Origin: an uncultured delta proteobacterium
GTDB taxonomy: Bacteria; Desulfobacterota; Syntrophorhabdia; Syntrophorhabdales; WCHB1-27
Direction of reading: 5' to 3'
NCBI GenBank assembly: GCA_963810935.1
Contig: CAWEPK010000016.1
Span: forward strand, 96,001-160,000
DNA length: 64,000 nt
Shown piece after piece: positions 20,472-31,168 of this stretch; position 1 is the first letter of the stretch; each line of letters begins with the position of its first letter. A model generated the notes under the pieces. The model saw only the letters and a list, made by a program, of their open reading frames with translations, had not been told where the DNA came from and did not search any database. Both the position numbers and the translations under genes were made by a program.

Positions 20472-21259
20472 TGTTTACCAGCCAAAGGTGCCGTTTTTCG
20501 ATTCGTTAGGAAGACGGACCTGAACGTCTCCATTATAACTGCCGCCGTCTCTTCTATCGTCTTCGATTTCAGGGCGGCTATCTCCCGGACAACGCGCTCC
20601 ACAAAGGCAGGCTCGTTCCTCTTCCCCTTTTCGGAGGCGGGCGTAAGAAACGGGGCATCCGTTTCCGAAAGCAGCCTGTCGAGCGGCGCGTAGCGGACGA
20701 CCTTGGCAAGCCCCGCGTTCTGATAGGTCACCGTGCCGGGGACGGAGAGGTACATGCCCATGTCGAGGATCTTGCCGGCAGTTTCCACATCGTACGAGTA
20801 ACAATGTATAACGGTAGTATGGCCGGCCAGGGCCGTTCTCAGTATCTCGAGAGTCTCACGTTTGGCGTTCCGTGAATGTATGACCACCGGCAGCCCGGCC
20901 TCACGGGCAAGCTCTATCTGCCCTCTGAAGGATTCGACCTGGAGCTGGGCCGGTGAATAGTTCCGGTAAAAATCCAGGCCGATCTCCCCGTAAGCGATTA
21001 TCTTTGGATGTGTGAGGTATTCTTTTATGGTTTTTTCGGCTTCCGGAGAATAATCCTTTGCATTATGAGGGTGGATGCCGATGGCGCCGTATATCGAGTC
21101 GTGCTTCTCGATAATGGACACCACCTTCCCGAAATAGGCGGCTTCCGTCCCCACGGTGATCATGCAGGATACGCCGGCCTCGGCAGCCCTGCCGATAACC
21201 TCCGGACGGTCCCTGTCGTAATCCTCGAGCTCGAGGTGACAATGTGAATCTACAAGCAT
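20468..21259 (-). CDS. tatD: TatD family hydrolase
   Basis: DSHCH, GIHPH, GEIGLD, IHSR, HCY, ETDAP. Confidence 0.95.
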   Translation of the reverse strand: MLVDSHCHLELEDYDRDRPEVIGRAAEAGVSCMITVGTEAAYFGKVVSIIEKHDSIYGAIGIHPHNAKDYSPEAEKTIKEYLTHPKIIAYGEIGLDFYRNYSPAQLQVESFRGQIELAREAGLPVVIHSRNAKRETLEILRTALAGHTTVIHCYSYDVETAGKILDMGMYLSVPGTVTYQNAGLAKVVRYAPLDRLLSETDAPFLTPASEKGKRNEPAFVERVVREIAALKSKTIEETAAVIMETFRSVFLTNRKTAPLAGKQ

Positions 21260-21264
21260 GGATA

Positions 21265-21293
21265 TTTATAGCATACTGAGCAAATTCAGGCAA
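21265..21293 (-). promoter_or_regulatory. Sigma70 promoter of the tatD-serS operon
   Basis: Minus strand TTGCCT-N17-TATAAA with extended TG; only 5 nt separate it from the ATG. Confidence 0.55.
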
Positions 21294-21717
21294 TTCAGAC
21301 TTAACGGCGAAAGGACGCCTTTGTATCCATAAAAACGTCCTCTTGACGAATAAGTGGCTCCGCCGTACGCTATAATTCGTAACGTCCGTGTTTGTGCTCG
21401 TGCTTCCGGACATACAGCCGGGCGGGTTCAAGCAGCCGGCCTGCCGCAGGATCAGGAGCAGCCCGGCTCCTTTGCGCAAGTTCCTCAGGAGGCGGCAATA
21501 AAGCACGGTCGGCATGGGGGCGAAGGGTATTAAGGGGACGTACGGAAATGGACTTCCGAAGGGCCGGGCCGGGCGCGTTCGGGTTCCGATTGCCACCCGT
21601 TATATTTAATAGTTTGATGCAGTTATCTTATAATTGTATAAGGTTGTCGCTGTCATATCTTGCAGTTTCCCGGAAGAATATATAATGTATACAGCAGGTT
21701 TGCGGGGCGTGTGAACT

Positions 21718-21734
21718 GCGGCATGTTTTATGCT
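21718..21734 (+). promoter_or_regulatory. Sigma54 (-24/-12) promoter of the Wood-Ljungdahl operon
   Basis: CGGCATGTTTTATGCT with GG(21720-21)-N10-GC(21732-33). AT-rich tract with an IHF-like ATCAA-N4-TTA on the minus strand at about 21607-21618. Confidence 0.65.
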
Positions 21735-21834
21735 TGATGCAGTAAGTTGGAGAACCGGTATTCATGCGTCGAGGCCGTCGTGAAAGCGCGAACAGTGCAA
21801 TAACCCCAGAAACCATTATTTAAGGAGGTCTTGT

Positions 21835-23595
21835 ATGGCGTACGATGCGACAAAAATGGCAGACTGGCAGATTTCCGAGGCTGCTGAAGGGAAAATGAAG
21901 TCGATCTGGCAGTTGGGCGACGAAATGGGGCTCAAGAAAGAGGAGATCCAGCCCTACGGCCGGATAGGTAAGGTCGATTTCATGAAAGTCATCGAACGGC
22001 TGAAGGACAAGCCGGACGGCAAGTACATAGAAGTCACGGCCATTACTCCGACCCCCCTGGGCGAAGGGAAGACGACCGTTTCTATGGGCCTTGTCGAGGG
22101 TATGGGCAAGAGGGGCTGGAACGTAGGCGGCGCCATCCGTCAGCCTTCGGGCGGCCCGACGATGAACGTCAAGGGAAGCGCGGCCGGCGGCGGCAACGCG
22201 CAGGCAATCCCTCTGACTGAGTTTTCTCTCGGCCTCACAGGCGACATAAACAACATTATGAACGCCCACAACCTCGCCATGGTCGCGATGACGTCGCGCA
22301 TGCAGCACGAGAGGAATTACTCGGACGCCGAGCTCGCGAAGAGGAAGCTGAAGAGACTCGATATCGACCCGAAGAACATCCAGATGGGCTGGATCATGGA
22401 CTTCTGCGCCCAGTCGCTCAGGAACATCGTGATCGGCCTGGGCGGCAAGATGGACGGCTACCTCATGCAGTCCCGCTTCGACATAGCGGTCAGCTCCGAG
22501 GTTATGGCGATACTCGCAATCATCCGGGACCTTGCGGACCTCCGCGAAAGACTCGGCAAGATAACCGTCGCATATGACAGGACCGGCAAGCCGGTAACCT
22601 GTAACGACCTCGAAGTGGCCGGCGCCATGACCGCCTTTATGAGGGAGAGCGTCAACCCGACGATCCTCCAGTCCGTCGAGGGGCAGCCTGTCCTCGTCCA
22701 TGCCGGCCCGTTCGCGAACATCGCAGTCGGCCAGTCCTCCATCATAGCCGACCGTGTGGCACTCAAGCTCTTCGATTATAACGTTACGGAGAGTGGGTTC
22801 GCCGCAGACATCGGGTTCGAGAAGTTCTGGAACGTCAAGTCGAGGATCAGCGGCCTGAAACCCAACGTATCGGTCCTCACGACCACGATCCGCGCCCTCA
22901 AGATGCACGGCGGCGGACCGAGGGTTGCCCCGGGCCTCCCGCTGCCCGAAGAGTACAAGAAGGAAAACCTGGGACTCCTCGAAAAAGGCGCGGCCAACAT
23001 GGTCCACCACATAAAGACCATCAAGCAGTCGGGGATGAAGCCCGTCGTCTGCATCAACTGGTTCCACACGGACACGAAGGACGAGATCGCCATGCTGCGG
23101 AAGATCGCTGAAGCCGAAGGCGCCCGCGTGGCCTTATCGACCCACTGGCTGAACGGTGGCGACGGCGCACTCGAGCTTGCCGACGCAGTCCATGACGCGT
23201 GCGAAGAAAAGTCGGATTTCAAGTTCCTTTATCCCCTCGAAATGCCTCTCCGCCAGAGGGTCGAAATGGTGGCGAAGAACGTTTACGGCGCGGACGGCGT
23301 CTCCTGGTCGCCCGAGGCGGAAGCCAAAGCCAAGGCCTTCGAGGCAGACCCCGAAAAGAGAGACTACTACACGATGATGGTCAAGACGCACCTGAGTCTC
23401 TCCCACGACCCGAACCTGAAGGGCGTGCCGAAGGGCTGGGTGCTGCCGGTGAGGGACGTCCTTATCTTCTCCGGCGCCAAGTTCCTCTGCCCCGTGACCG
23501 GCGCGATCAGCCTCATGCCCGGCACGAGCTCCGACCCCGCGTTCAGAAGGATCGACGTGGACGTCAAGACGGGCAAAGTAACGGGTATGTTCTAA
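21835..23595 (+). CDS. fhs: Formate-tetrahydrofolate ligase
   Basis: [44 protein letters not shown]-terminal LMPG. Confidence 0.97.
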   Translation: MAYDATKMADWQISEAAEGKMKSIWQLGDEMGLKKEEIQPYGRIGKVDFMKVIERLKDKPDGKYIEVTAITPTPLGEGKTTVSMGLVEGMGKRGWNVGGAIRQPSGGPTMNVKGSAAGGGNAQAIPLTEFSLGLTGDINNIMNAHNLAMVAMTSRMQHERNYSDAELAKRKLKRLDIDPKNIQMGWIMDFCAQSLRNIVIGLGGKMDGYLMQSRFDIAVSSEVMAILAIIRDLADLRERLGKITVAYDRTGKPVTCNDLEVAGAMTAFMRESVNPTILQSVEGQPVLVHAGPFANIAVGQSSIIADRVALKLFDYNVTESGFAADIGFEKFWNVKSRISGLKPNVSVLTTTIRALKMHGGGPRVAPGLPLPEEYKKENLGLLEKGAANMVHHIKTIKQSGMKPVVCINWFHTDTKDEIAMLRKIAEAEGARVALSTHWLNGGDGALELADAVHDACEEKSDFKFLYPLEMPLRQRVEMVAKNVYGADGVSWSPEAEAKAKAFEADPEKRDYYTMMVKTHLSLSHDPNLKGVPKGWVLPVRDVLIFSGAKFLCPVTGAISLMPGTSSDPAFRRIDVDVKTGKVTGMF

Positions 23596-23701
23596 CGGCA
23601 TAGATGCAAAGGTGCATCCGGTGGAAGGAAAGCCGCCGGGTGCACCTTTCAACACATAAGAAGCATTGGCGCGAAATACGAGATGGAGGGGGTTTTGAGG
23701 G

Positions 23702-24469
23702 ATGGCAAGAGTGGCGGCGCCTGAGATTTTCGCCTTTGCCGGCAAAGGGGGGGTGGGCAAGACTACCGTCAGCGGCATGCTTATTCGCTACCTGGTGGAA
23801 AGGCGCAAGGACGGCCCCGTGCTCGCCGTGGACGCCGACCCCAACGCTAACCTGAACGAGGTCCTTGGCATACGCTCATACGCTACGATAGGTGAAGCGC
23901 GGGAGATGATGAAAGAGGCTGTGCCTTCCGGCATGACCAAAGAAACCTGGATGGAGCTGAAGGTGCATGAGTCCCTTGTCGAAAGCCGGGGGTTCGACCT
24001 CCTGGTGATGGGAAGGCCCGAAGGACAGGGTTGTTACTGCGCGGCCAACACGCTGGTCAAAAAGCACATCGATATCCTCAAAGACAACTATTTTTACATA
24101 GTGGTGGACAATGAGGCGGGCATGGAGCACATGAGCAGGCTCGTTACCCAGGACGTGGACCACCTGTTCGTAATCTCCGATGCGACTTCAAGGGGCCTTT
24201 TGACCGCCCGTAGGATACTGGAGCTTGCGGGGGAGCTCGATCTGCGGATCGGCTGTAAGCACACAATAGTCAATCGAGTGGGGCCGGGGCACGAGGGGCT
24301 GGCCCGGTTGGCCGCAGAAAGGGGCGTTGAGGTGAACGGCATCATCCGCGACGACCCGTCGCTTTTTGCCATGGATGCGGAGGGCGGCAACGTGTTCTCG
24401 ATAGAGAACGGCGTGGCCCTTCACGACGCTTACGATGTTTTTGAAAAAATCCTGAAGGGAAAGGAGTAA
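23702..24469 (+). CDS. cooC: CODH/ACS nickel-insertion ATPase (CooC/AcsF family)
   Basis: AGKGGVGKTT, DADPN, GCYC, DNEAGMEH. Confidence 0.9.
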   Translation: MARVAAPEIFAFAGKGGVGKTTVSGMLIRYLVERRKDGPVLAVDADPNANLNEVLGIRSYATIGEAREMMKEAVPSGMTKETWMELKVHESLVESRGFDLLVMGRPEGQGCYCAANTLVKKHIDILKDNYFYIVVDNEAGMEHMSRLVTQDVDHLFVISDATSRGLLTARRILELAGELDLRIGCKHTIVNRVGPGHEGLARLAAERGVEVNGIIRDDPSLFAMDAEGGNVFSIENGVALHDAYDVFEKILKGKE

Positions 24470-24471
24470 AC

Positions 24472-25359
24472 ATGGCTGCAACTATTATAAGCGGAACCGC
24501 CGTAGCGGCTCAGATAAGGGAAGAGATCAAGAAAGACGTGGATGAGCTCAAGGCGAAGCATAACCTGACTCCAGGGCTTGTCACCATCCTTGTCGGGGAA
24601 AACCCTGCCTCGGTGAGCTATGTCACTGCGAAGCAGAAGACATCGCACGACCTCGGCTTCTATTCGATACAGGACAACCAGCCCGGGGACATCACCGAAG
24701 AGGCGCTCCTGGCCCTTATCGACAGGTACAACAAGGACCCTAAAATTCATGGTATACTTGTTCAGCTTCCCCTGCCGAAGCACGTGAATGAGACGAAAGT
24801 GCTGTACGCCATCGACCCGGATAAGGACGTCGATGCGTTTCATCCCGTCAATGTCGGCAAGCTCGTTATAGGGGAGGCCAATTATTATCCGTGCACTCCG
24901 TACGGTATCCAGCAGCTCCTGGTGAGGAGCGGAGTCAAGACGGACGGCGCGGAGGTTGTTGTCGTGGGCAGGAGCAACATCGTCGGCAAGCCAATCGCCA
25001 ACATGCTTCTCCAGAAGGCAAAAGGGGCCAATGCGACGGTCACCATTTGCCACACGGCGACGAAGGACATGGCCTTCCATACGAAACGGGCGGACATACT
25101 GATAGTCGCCGCGGGCAGGCCGAAGGCGATCACGGGCGACATGGTGAAGGAAGGAGTAGTGGTTATAGACGTAGGCGTCAACCGCATCGGCATGACGCCG
25201 GAAGGCAAGGCGAAGCTGGCCGGAGACGTGGATTTCGAGTCGGTTAAAGAGAAAGCTTCCTTCATCACACCGGTCCCCGGAGGCGTGGGCCCCATGACCA
25301 TCACCATGCTCATGCTTAACACAGTCAAGGCTGCGAAGCTTTTTGGGGGAATAAAGTAA
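24472..25359 (+). CDS. folD: Methylene-THF dehydrogenase/methenyl-THF cyclohydrolase
   Basis: YxxxK, HGILVQLPLP, KDVD, PCTP, GRSNIVGKP, TPVPGGVGPMT. Confidence 0.97.
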   Translation: MAATIISGTAVAAQIREEIKKDVDELKAKHNLTPGLVTILVGENPASVSYVTAKQKTSHDLGFYSIQDNQPGDITEEALLALIDRYNKDPKIHGILVQLPLPKHVNETKVLYAIDPDKDVDAFHPVNVGKLVIGEANYYPCTPYGIQQLLVRSGVKTDGAEVVVVGRSNIVGKPIANMLLQKAKGANATVTICHTATKDMAFHTKRADILIVAAGRPKAITGDMVKEGVVVIDVGVNRIGMTPEGKAKLAGDVDFESVKEKASFITPVPGGVGPMTITMLMLNTVKAAKLFGGIK

Positions 25360-25369
25360 GGAGGAGACA

Positions 25370-25585
25370 ATGGCGGACTACAACTACGAAGAGAAGGAAA
25401 ACTTCGAGGGCAAGAAGGTGAAAGTGCTGGGCGCCACCTACGAGCCGGGCTCAGGCCAGGGAAAAGACGACTGGACGGAAAAGCTCGGCAGCGTAAATGA
25501 AAGGCTCGGTTATTTGAAAACCGCCCTCCGCTACTGGTACAGCGACGACTGGTTCGGCAGCGAGAAGAGGAAGCAGGAGGCATAA
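25370..25585 (+). CDS. Small hypothetical protein inside the Wood-Ljungdahl operon
   Basis: Strong SD AGGAGGAG, 10 bp after the folD stop; aromatic C-terminal RYWYSDDWFGSE. Confidence 0.8.
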   Translation: MADYNYEEKENFEGKKVKVLGATYEPGSGQGKDDWTEKLGSVNERLGYLKTALRYWYSDDWFGSEKRKQEA

Positions 25586-25793
25586 AGGGGCCTGCTTTAG
25601 CGCCTTCGCGGACAGACCCGTCGCACGCGACAAGGCCGGTCCGGGATCTTCCGTAGTTTTTGGCGGGGCGAGGCGCGTAAAGACGGTTTTCGGTTTCGGC
25701 CCGCTCAAAAGAGGCGCGTCAAGCGAGGGGCCGCAGAGAGCGAGCGAAAGCCGTCCTATCATAAAGCGGTAAAGAACCCAATGGAGGTAACCC

Positions 25794-26735
25794 ATGGCTT
25801 TAACGATACCTACGATCAGCTACACAGGTAAGATCAAGGAAGTGACATTAGGCAGCGGCACCTCTTCCGTTACTCTCGGAGGAGAGGCATGTTACCCCTT
25901 CTATACCTTCGAGGGGGCCATGCCCCGTGCGCCCCAGATAGCCTTTGAGGTATGGGACGCCAAGCCGGAAGACTGGCCGGAGTGGGCCGTAGAGCCGTAT
26001 AAAGACGTCATCTCCGACCCGGTTGCCTGGGCGAAGAAGGCAGTTGATGTCTACAAGGCTGAGATGGTCGCCCTGCTCCTCAAGAGCGCAGACCCGAACG
26101 GCGCGAACCGGGACGCCGAGGCCGTTGTTGCAACGGTCAAGGCGGTTGCGGACGCAGTTTCCGTTCCGCTCATCGTCTGGGGCTGCGCGAACGACGAGAA
26201 GGACGCAATCATGCTCCGGCGCGTAGCGGAGGTCTGCGAAGGCAAGAACCTCGCCATCGGCCCCGTGACCGATAAAAACTACAAACAGATAGGGGCCATG
26301 GCCATTGGCTACAACCACGTGGTTATCGCATCCACGCCTATCGACGTCAACCTGGCGAAGCAGCTTAACATCCTCCTCGGCAACCTTGGTGTGCAGGATA
26401 ACCGGCTCCTGATCGACCCGACGACAGGCGGCCTGGGCTACGGCCTCGAATATTCCTATTCGGTGATGGAGCGCGACCGTATGGCCGCCCTCACCCAGGA
26501 AGACGTGAAGCTCCAGACGCCCATCATCTGCAACCTCGGGAACGAGGTATGGAAGACGAAAGAGGCCAAAACCAGGACAGAAGATAATCCCAAGCTCGGC
26601 GACGCGAAGAAAAGGGCCGTCCTTATGGAGTCGGTCGCTGCGATGACGCTCGCCATGGCGGGCGCGGACCTGCTTATCATGAGACACCCTGAATCCATCG
26701 CCTATGCGAGACAGATGTTCAAGGAATTAACGTAA
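25794..26735 (+). CDS. acsD: Corrinoid iron-sulfur protein small subunit (AcsD/CdhD)
   Basis: TIM-barrel CFeSP-small motifs DVNLAKQLN, IDPTTGGLGYGLEYSYS, GADLLIMRHP. Confidence 0.95.
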   Translation: MALTIPTISYTGKIKEVTLGSGTSSVTLGGEACYPFYTFEGAMPRAPQIAFEVWDAKPEDWPEWAVEPYKDVISDPVAWAKKAVDVYKAEMVALLLKSADPNGANRDAEAVVATVKAVADAVSVPLIVWGCANDEKDAIMLRRVAEVCEGKNLAIGPVTDKNYKQIGAMAIGYNHVVIASTPIDVNLAKQLNILLGNLGVQDNRLLIDPTTGGLGYGLEYSYSVMERDRMAALTQEDVKLQTPIICNLGNEVWKTKEAKTRTEDNPKLGDAKKRAVLMESVAAMTLAMAGADLLIMRHPESIAYARQMFKELT

Positions 26736-26745
26736 GGGGGAAACC

Positions 26746-28692
26746 ATGTCGGAAGAAAAGATACGGAGTATAGATAAAGCGACAATCGAGCTTCTGGACA
26801 AGGCGGAAAGAGAGAAGATCTCAACCGCCTTCTTCCGGGCTGAAGATTTGAAGCCCTGTCCCATAGGCGTGGAAGAGAGCTGCTGCAAGATATGCGCGAT
26901 GGGACCGTGCAGGATGCCCAAGCCGAAGAAAGACGACGGAAAGAAGAGAATGGGCGTCTGCGGCGCCACCATCGAGACCGTAGTCGCCAGAAACTTCGCG
27001 CGTAAAGTGGCCGGCGGCTGTGCAGCCCACTCCGACCACGCCCGCGAGGTCGTAGAGACCTTCATCAAGGCGGCCAAGGGCGAGGCCCAGGGCTTCCAGA
27101 TCAAGGATGAAATGAAGCTCCAGGAAGTCGCCCTCGATTTCGGCGTGCCGACCGAGGGTAGGGAGCCGAACGATATCGCCCTGGAAATAGGCGAGAAGGC
27201 CCTTTCGGAGTTCGGCAGGCAGCACGGTGAGGCCGTATACGTCAAGAAGGCCCCCCTCAAGAGACAGGATATCTGGCGGAAGCAAGGCGTAGTCCCCAGG
27301 GGCATCGACCGGGAAGTGGTCGAAGTGATGCACAGGACGCATATGGGCGTGGACCAGGACTACAGGCACATTATGCAGCAGGCCACGCGCTGCGCGCTGG
27401 CGGACGGCTGGTCGGGCTCCATGATCTCGACTGACCTCCAGGACATCATGTTCGGCACGCCTGTGCCGGTAGTGGGCACCTTCAACCTGGGTGTCCTGAA
27501 GGAAGACCAGGTCAACGTCATCATCCACGGACATGAGCCGCTCCTTCCGGAGCTTATGGTTGTCGCGTCCCGCGACCCGGAGATCAAGAAAGAAGTGGAA
27601 AAGGTCGGCGCGAAGGGCATCAACCTTGCCGGCATGTGCTGCTCGGCCAACGAGGTGCTGATGCGTCACGGCGTGCCTGTCGCAGGCAACTTCCTTCAGC
27701 AGGAGCTGGCGCTCGTAACGGGCGCAGTCGAGCTGATGTCGGTCGATGTCCAGTGCGAGATGCAGGGTCTGGCCGACGTCGCCCAGTGCTTCCACACAAA
27801 GCTGATTACGACGTCCGACAGGGCGAAGATGGAAGGCGCCGAGCACTATGAGTTCACCCCGGAGACGGGTCTCGACACTGCAAAGAAGCTGCTGAAGCTC
27901 GCCATAGCCAATTACCCGAACCGGCGTCACAACGTTACGATACCGCAGTATTCGGCGGACGGTGTCGTCGGCTTCTCCCACGAGACGATCAACTACCTGC
28001 TGGGCGGCCTCTTCCGCGCGAGCTACAAGCCGCTCAACGACAACATAATCAACGGCCGCATCAGGGGAGTGGCGGGCGTCGTCGGGTGCAACAACCCGAG
28101 GACCCCTCACGACCAGGGCCATATAGAGATGGTTAAGGAGCTCCTGAAGAACGACGTTGTCGTCCTCACGACGGGCTGCTCCGCAATGGCCTGCGGAAAG
28201 GCCGGCCTGCTCACGCACGAAGCCTCAAAGAAATACTGCGGTCCGGGTCTGGCTGAAGTCTGCGAGACGGTAGGCATACCGCCGGTCCTCCATATGGGCT
28301 CTTGCGTAGACAACTCACGCATCCTGATCGCCGCTACGGCGCTTGTCAAGGAAGGGGGCCTCGGCGATGACATTTCCGACCTGCCTGCGGCGGGCGCGGC
28401 GCCAGAGTGGATGAGCGAGAAGGCCATATCGATCGGCCAGTACTTCGTCGCCTCCGGCGTCTACACGGTCTTTGGCGCCACTTTCCCCAGCTTCGGCAGC
28501 GAGATATTCACGAAGCACCTCTTCGAGGAGCACGAGGACCTGTATAAAGGCATGTGGGCCTTCGAGGTGGACCCGGTAAAGGCCGCCCGTATGATGATCG
28601 CCCATATCGATAAGAAGAGGAAGGCGCTCGGCCTCGACAAGGGCAAAGAGAGGGTGCTGTTCGATATGGCCATGCGCAGGGCCATCGAGTAA
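26746..28692 (+). CDS. cooS: Anaerobic Ni,Fe CO dehydrogenase catalytic subunit (CooS/AcsA)
   Basis: CCKICAMGPC; C-cluster ligands HGHEP, MCCSANE, DVQC, GCNN, TGC, GSCVDN; SEKA. Confidence 0.97.
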   Translation: MSEEKIRSIDKATIELLDKAEREKISTAFFRAEDLKPCPIGVEESCCKICAMGPCRMPKPKKDDGKKRMGVCGATIETVVARNFARKVAGGCAAHSDHAREVVETFIKAAKGEAQGFQIKDEMKLQEVALDFGVPTEGREPNDIALEIGEKALSEFGRQHGEAVYVKKAPLKRQDIWRKQGVVPRGIDREVVEVMHRTHMGVDQDYRHIMQQATRCALADGWSGSMISTDLQDIMFGTPVPVVGTFNLGVLKEDQVNVIIHGHEPLLPELMVVASRDPEIKKEVEKVGAKGINLAGMCCSANEVLMRHGVPVAGNFLQQELALVTGAVELMSVDVQCEMQGLADVAQCFHTKLITTSDRAKMEGAEHYEFTPETGLDTAKKLLKLAIANYPNRRHNVTIPQYSADGVVGFSHETINYLLGGLFRASYKPLNDNIINGRIRGVAGVVGCNNPRTPHDQGHIEMVKELLKNDVVVLTTGCSAMACGKAGLLTHEASKKYCGPGLAEVCETVGIPPVLHMGSCVDNSRILIAATALVKEGGLGDDISDLPAAGAAPEWMSEKAISIGQYFVASGVYTVFGATFPSFGSEIFTKHLFEEHEDLYKGMWAFEVDPVKAARMMIAHIDKKRKALGLDKGKERVLFDMAMRRAIE

Positions 28693-28739
28693 AGGGAATC
28701 GGGTAGTGAGACGGGTAATAGCATAAAGGAGGCAACCAA

Positions 28740-30944
28740 ATGTCAAAGATCATTTGTTCTGCGGCCATAAGAGGGGCGCAGAAGATATTCGATAGGGGCG
28801 AGGCCACGTACAAGGCCACCCTCGCAAAATACGGGCCGGACCAGGAAATAGGCTTTCCCAACACCGCCTACTATCTCCCCATCATTTACTCCATGACCGG
28901 GATGCCGGTAGCCAAGCTGGGCGACATGAAGAAGGTCTTCGATCTCTGCAGGAAGCTCATCCCGGCGCCTGTCAGGGAAACGAACCCTCTGCCTTACCTC
29001 GCCCCCACCCTCGACGCGGGCATGGCAACGTTCTTCGTCGAAGAGATGGTTGAGGCGATCAAGTATCTGGAGACCCCGAACCTTTACGTCAACGGGGAGG
29101 ACCCGATTGATGGGAACATCTGGCTGGGAGCGGCCTCGGACCTCATCTTCAGGAAGAGGGGCGTCGAGTTCGTGGACGGCACCGCGCCTGGCTTCGCAGC
29201 CATCGTGGGCGCTGCGCCCGATTCCCAGACAGCCGCGAAGATCGCGCTGGAGCTCCAGGAGAAGAACCTCTATGTCTTCATGGCGGCGGAAAACAACGGC
29301 AAGAGGTTCGCGGAGCAGCTCGTAGAGGCGGGCGTGCAGATCGGCTGGCCGACGCGGCTGGTCTCCTTCGGCCCGGACATCCACCAGGCCGTATTCGCAA
29401 TCGGCTTCGCGTGCCGCGTTGCAATGGCCTTCGGCGGCATCAAGCCGGGAGACTTCAGAAAGGTCCTCATATACAATAAGGACAGGACATACGCCTTCGT
29501 CATGGCCCTTGGGGACGTGACTGACGAATGGTACGCCAATGCGGCCGGCTGCCTTAACTGGGGCTTTCCGACCATCGCGGACACGCCGATCCCCGAGGCG
29601 CTGCCGACGGGCATCTGCACGTACGAGCACGTCGTCTCGAATATCCCGCATGCGAACATCGTGGAAAAGGCGGTCGAGGTCAGGGGCCTTAAGGTGCAGG
29701 TCACGAAGGTCCCTATCTCCGTCTCCTACGGCCCCGCCTTCGAGGGCGAGCGCGTGCGCGGCGAGGACATCTATCTGGAAGTTGGCGGCGGCAAGACGGT
29801 CGCCGTCGAGTGGACCACTTCAGCCAACATGGAGGACGTTGAAGACGGCCGCGTACAGGTTTTCGGGCCGGAGCTTAAAGACATCACCCCCGGCACGCGC
29901 CTCCACTTCGCCATGGTCGCGGAGGTGGCGGGCAGGAACTTCCAGGAGGATTTCGAGCCGATCCTGGAGAGGCAGAACCACCACCTCATCAATCAGGCCC
30001 AGGGCATCATGCACATAGGTCAGCGCGATATCGCCTGGATCCGCATATCCAAGCAGGCGGTCGAGAAGGGCTTTACGCTGGCCGACATCGGAAAGATCAT
30101 CCATGCCAAGTACCATCAGGACTTTGGCGCGATATTCGACAAGGTCCAGGTGAAGATCTACACGGAAGAGGCGAAGGTCCAGGAAGTGCTCGCGAAGGCG
30201 CGCGCCTCGTACAAGCACAGGGATGACCGCGTCGAGAACATGACCGACGAGACGACGGACACCTTTTACTCCTGCACGCTCTGCCAGTCCTTCGCGCCGA
30301 ACCACGTCTGCGTGGTCGCACCGGAGAGGACGGGTCTGTGCGGGGCTTACAACTGGCTCGACTGCAAAGCCTCCTACGAGATCAACCCTGAGGGGCCGAA
30401 CCAGCCTATAGCCAAGGGCGAGGTACTCGACGCCAGGTACGGCCAATTCAAGGGCGCGAACGACTTCGTCTTCAAGGCATCGAGACAGAAGGTCTCCAAC
30501 GTAAGCTTTTACAGCCTCATGGTCGATCCTATGACGACCTGCGGCTGCTGCGAGTGCATCGCAGCCGTTCTCCCCATGGCGAACGGCATTATGACGGTCG
30601 ACCGCGACTATACAGGGATGACCCCGTGCGGCATGAAGTTCACTACACTTGCCGGCTCCGCGGGCGGCGGCGCGCAGGCGCCGGGCTTCCTGGGACACAG
30701 CAAGTACAACGTCACGCAGAGGAAGTTCCTTAAAGGCGACGGCGGCCTCCTGCGGCTCGTGTGGATGCCCAAGAAGCTGAAAGAAGACCTGCGCGAGCGG
30801 CTGCAGAAGCGCGCGGAAGAGCTGGGCGTGCCCGATCTGCTCGACAGGATCGCTGACGAGACGGTAGCGACGACGGAAGAGGAAGTCATCGCATACTGCA
30901 CTGAGAAGGGGCATCCGGCGCTGACAATGGAATCGATTATGTAG
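28740..30944 (+). CDS. acsB: Acetyl-CoA synthase (AcsB/CdhC)
   Basis: FPNTAYYLP, CTLCQSFAPNHVC, GLCG, A-cluster TCGCCEC. Confidence 0.97.
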   Translation: MSKIICSAAIRGAQKIFDRGEATYKATLAKYGPDQEIGFPNTAYYLPIIYSMTGMPVAKLGDMKKVFDLCRKLIPAPVRETNPLPYLAPTLDAGMATFFVEEMVEAIKYLETPNLYVNGEDPIDGNIWLGAASDLIFRKRGVEFVDGTAPGFAAIVGAAPDSQTAAKIALELQEKNLYVFMAAENNGKRFAEQLVEAGVQIGWPTRLVSFGPDIHQAVFAIGFACRVAMAFGGIKPGDFRKVLIYNKDRTYAFVMALGDVTDEWYANAAGCLNWGFPTIADTPIPEALPTGICTYEHVVSNIPHANIVEKAVEVRGLKVQVTKVPISVSYGPAFEGERVRGEDIYLEVGGGKTVAVEWTTSANMEDVEDGRVQVFGPELKDITPGTRLHFAMVAEVAGRNFQEDFEPILERQNHHLINQAQGIMHIGQRDIAWIRISKQAVEKGFTLADIGKIIHAKYHQDFGAIFDKVQVKIYTEEAKVQEVLAKARASYKHRDDRVENMTDETTDTFYSCTLCQSFAPNHVCVVAPERTGLCGAYNWLDCKASYEINPEGPNQPIAKGEVLDARYGQFKGANDFVFKASRQKVSNVSFYSLMVDPMTTCGCCECIAAVLPMANGIMTVDRDYTGMTPCGMKFTTLAGSAGGGAQAPGFLGHSKYNVTQRKFLKGDGGLLRLVWMPKKLKEDLRERLQKRAEELGVPDLLDRIADETVATTEEEVIAYCTEKGHPALTMESIM

Positions 30945-30955
30945 AAAGGGCAAGG

Positions 30956-31110
30956 CTGCCAGGCAGCGCGTACGCGCTTTAATAGGGAAGATGGTGTAAT
31001 TCCATCACGGACCCGCCGCTGTAAGGGGGGACGATGGCGCAAGATCCACTGGGTAATCCCGGGAAGGTGCGCCGGAGGATGATCCCCGAGTCAGAAGACC
31101 CGCCTGGCAG
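30956..31110 (+). ncRNA. Cobalamin (B12) riboswitch between acsB and acsC
   Basis: AATAGGGAA, GGTGTAATTCC, CCCGCCGCTGTAA, CCACTG...GGGAAGG, B12 box GAGTCAGAAGACCCGCC. Perfect P1 CTGCCAGGC/GCCTGGCAG. Confidence 0.92.
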
Positions 31111-31168
31111 TTCTTACAGACACCCTCCTCGAGGCCTGGGAGAGGAAGCTTAAAAAAAGGAGACTGCT

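Noticed and set aside
25586..25793. 208-bp spacer before acsD as a riboswitch or small ORF
   Set aside because: No recognisable aptamer, terminator or SD-led ORF by eye.
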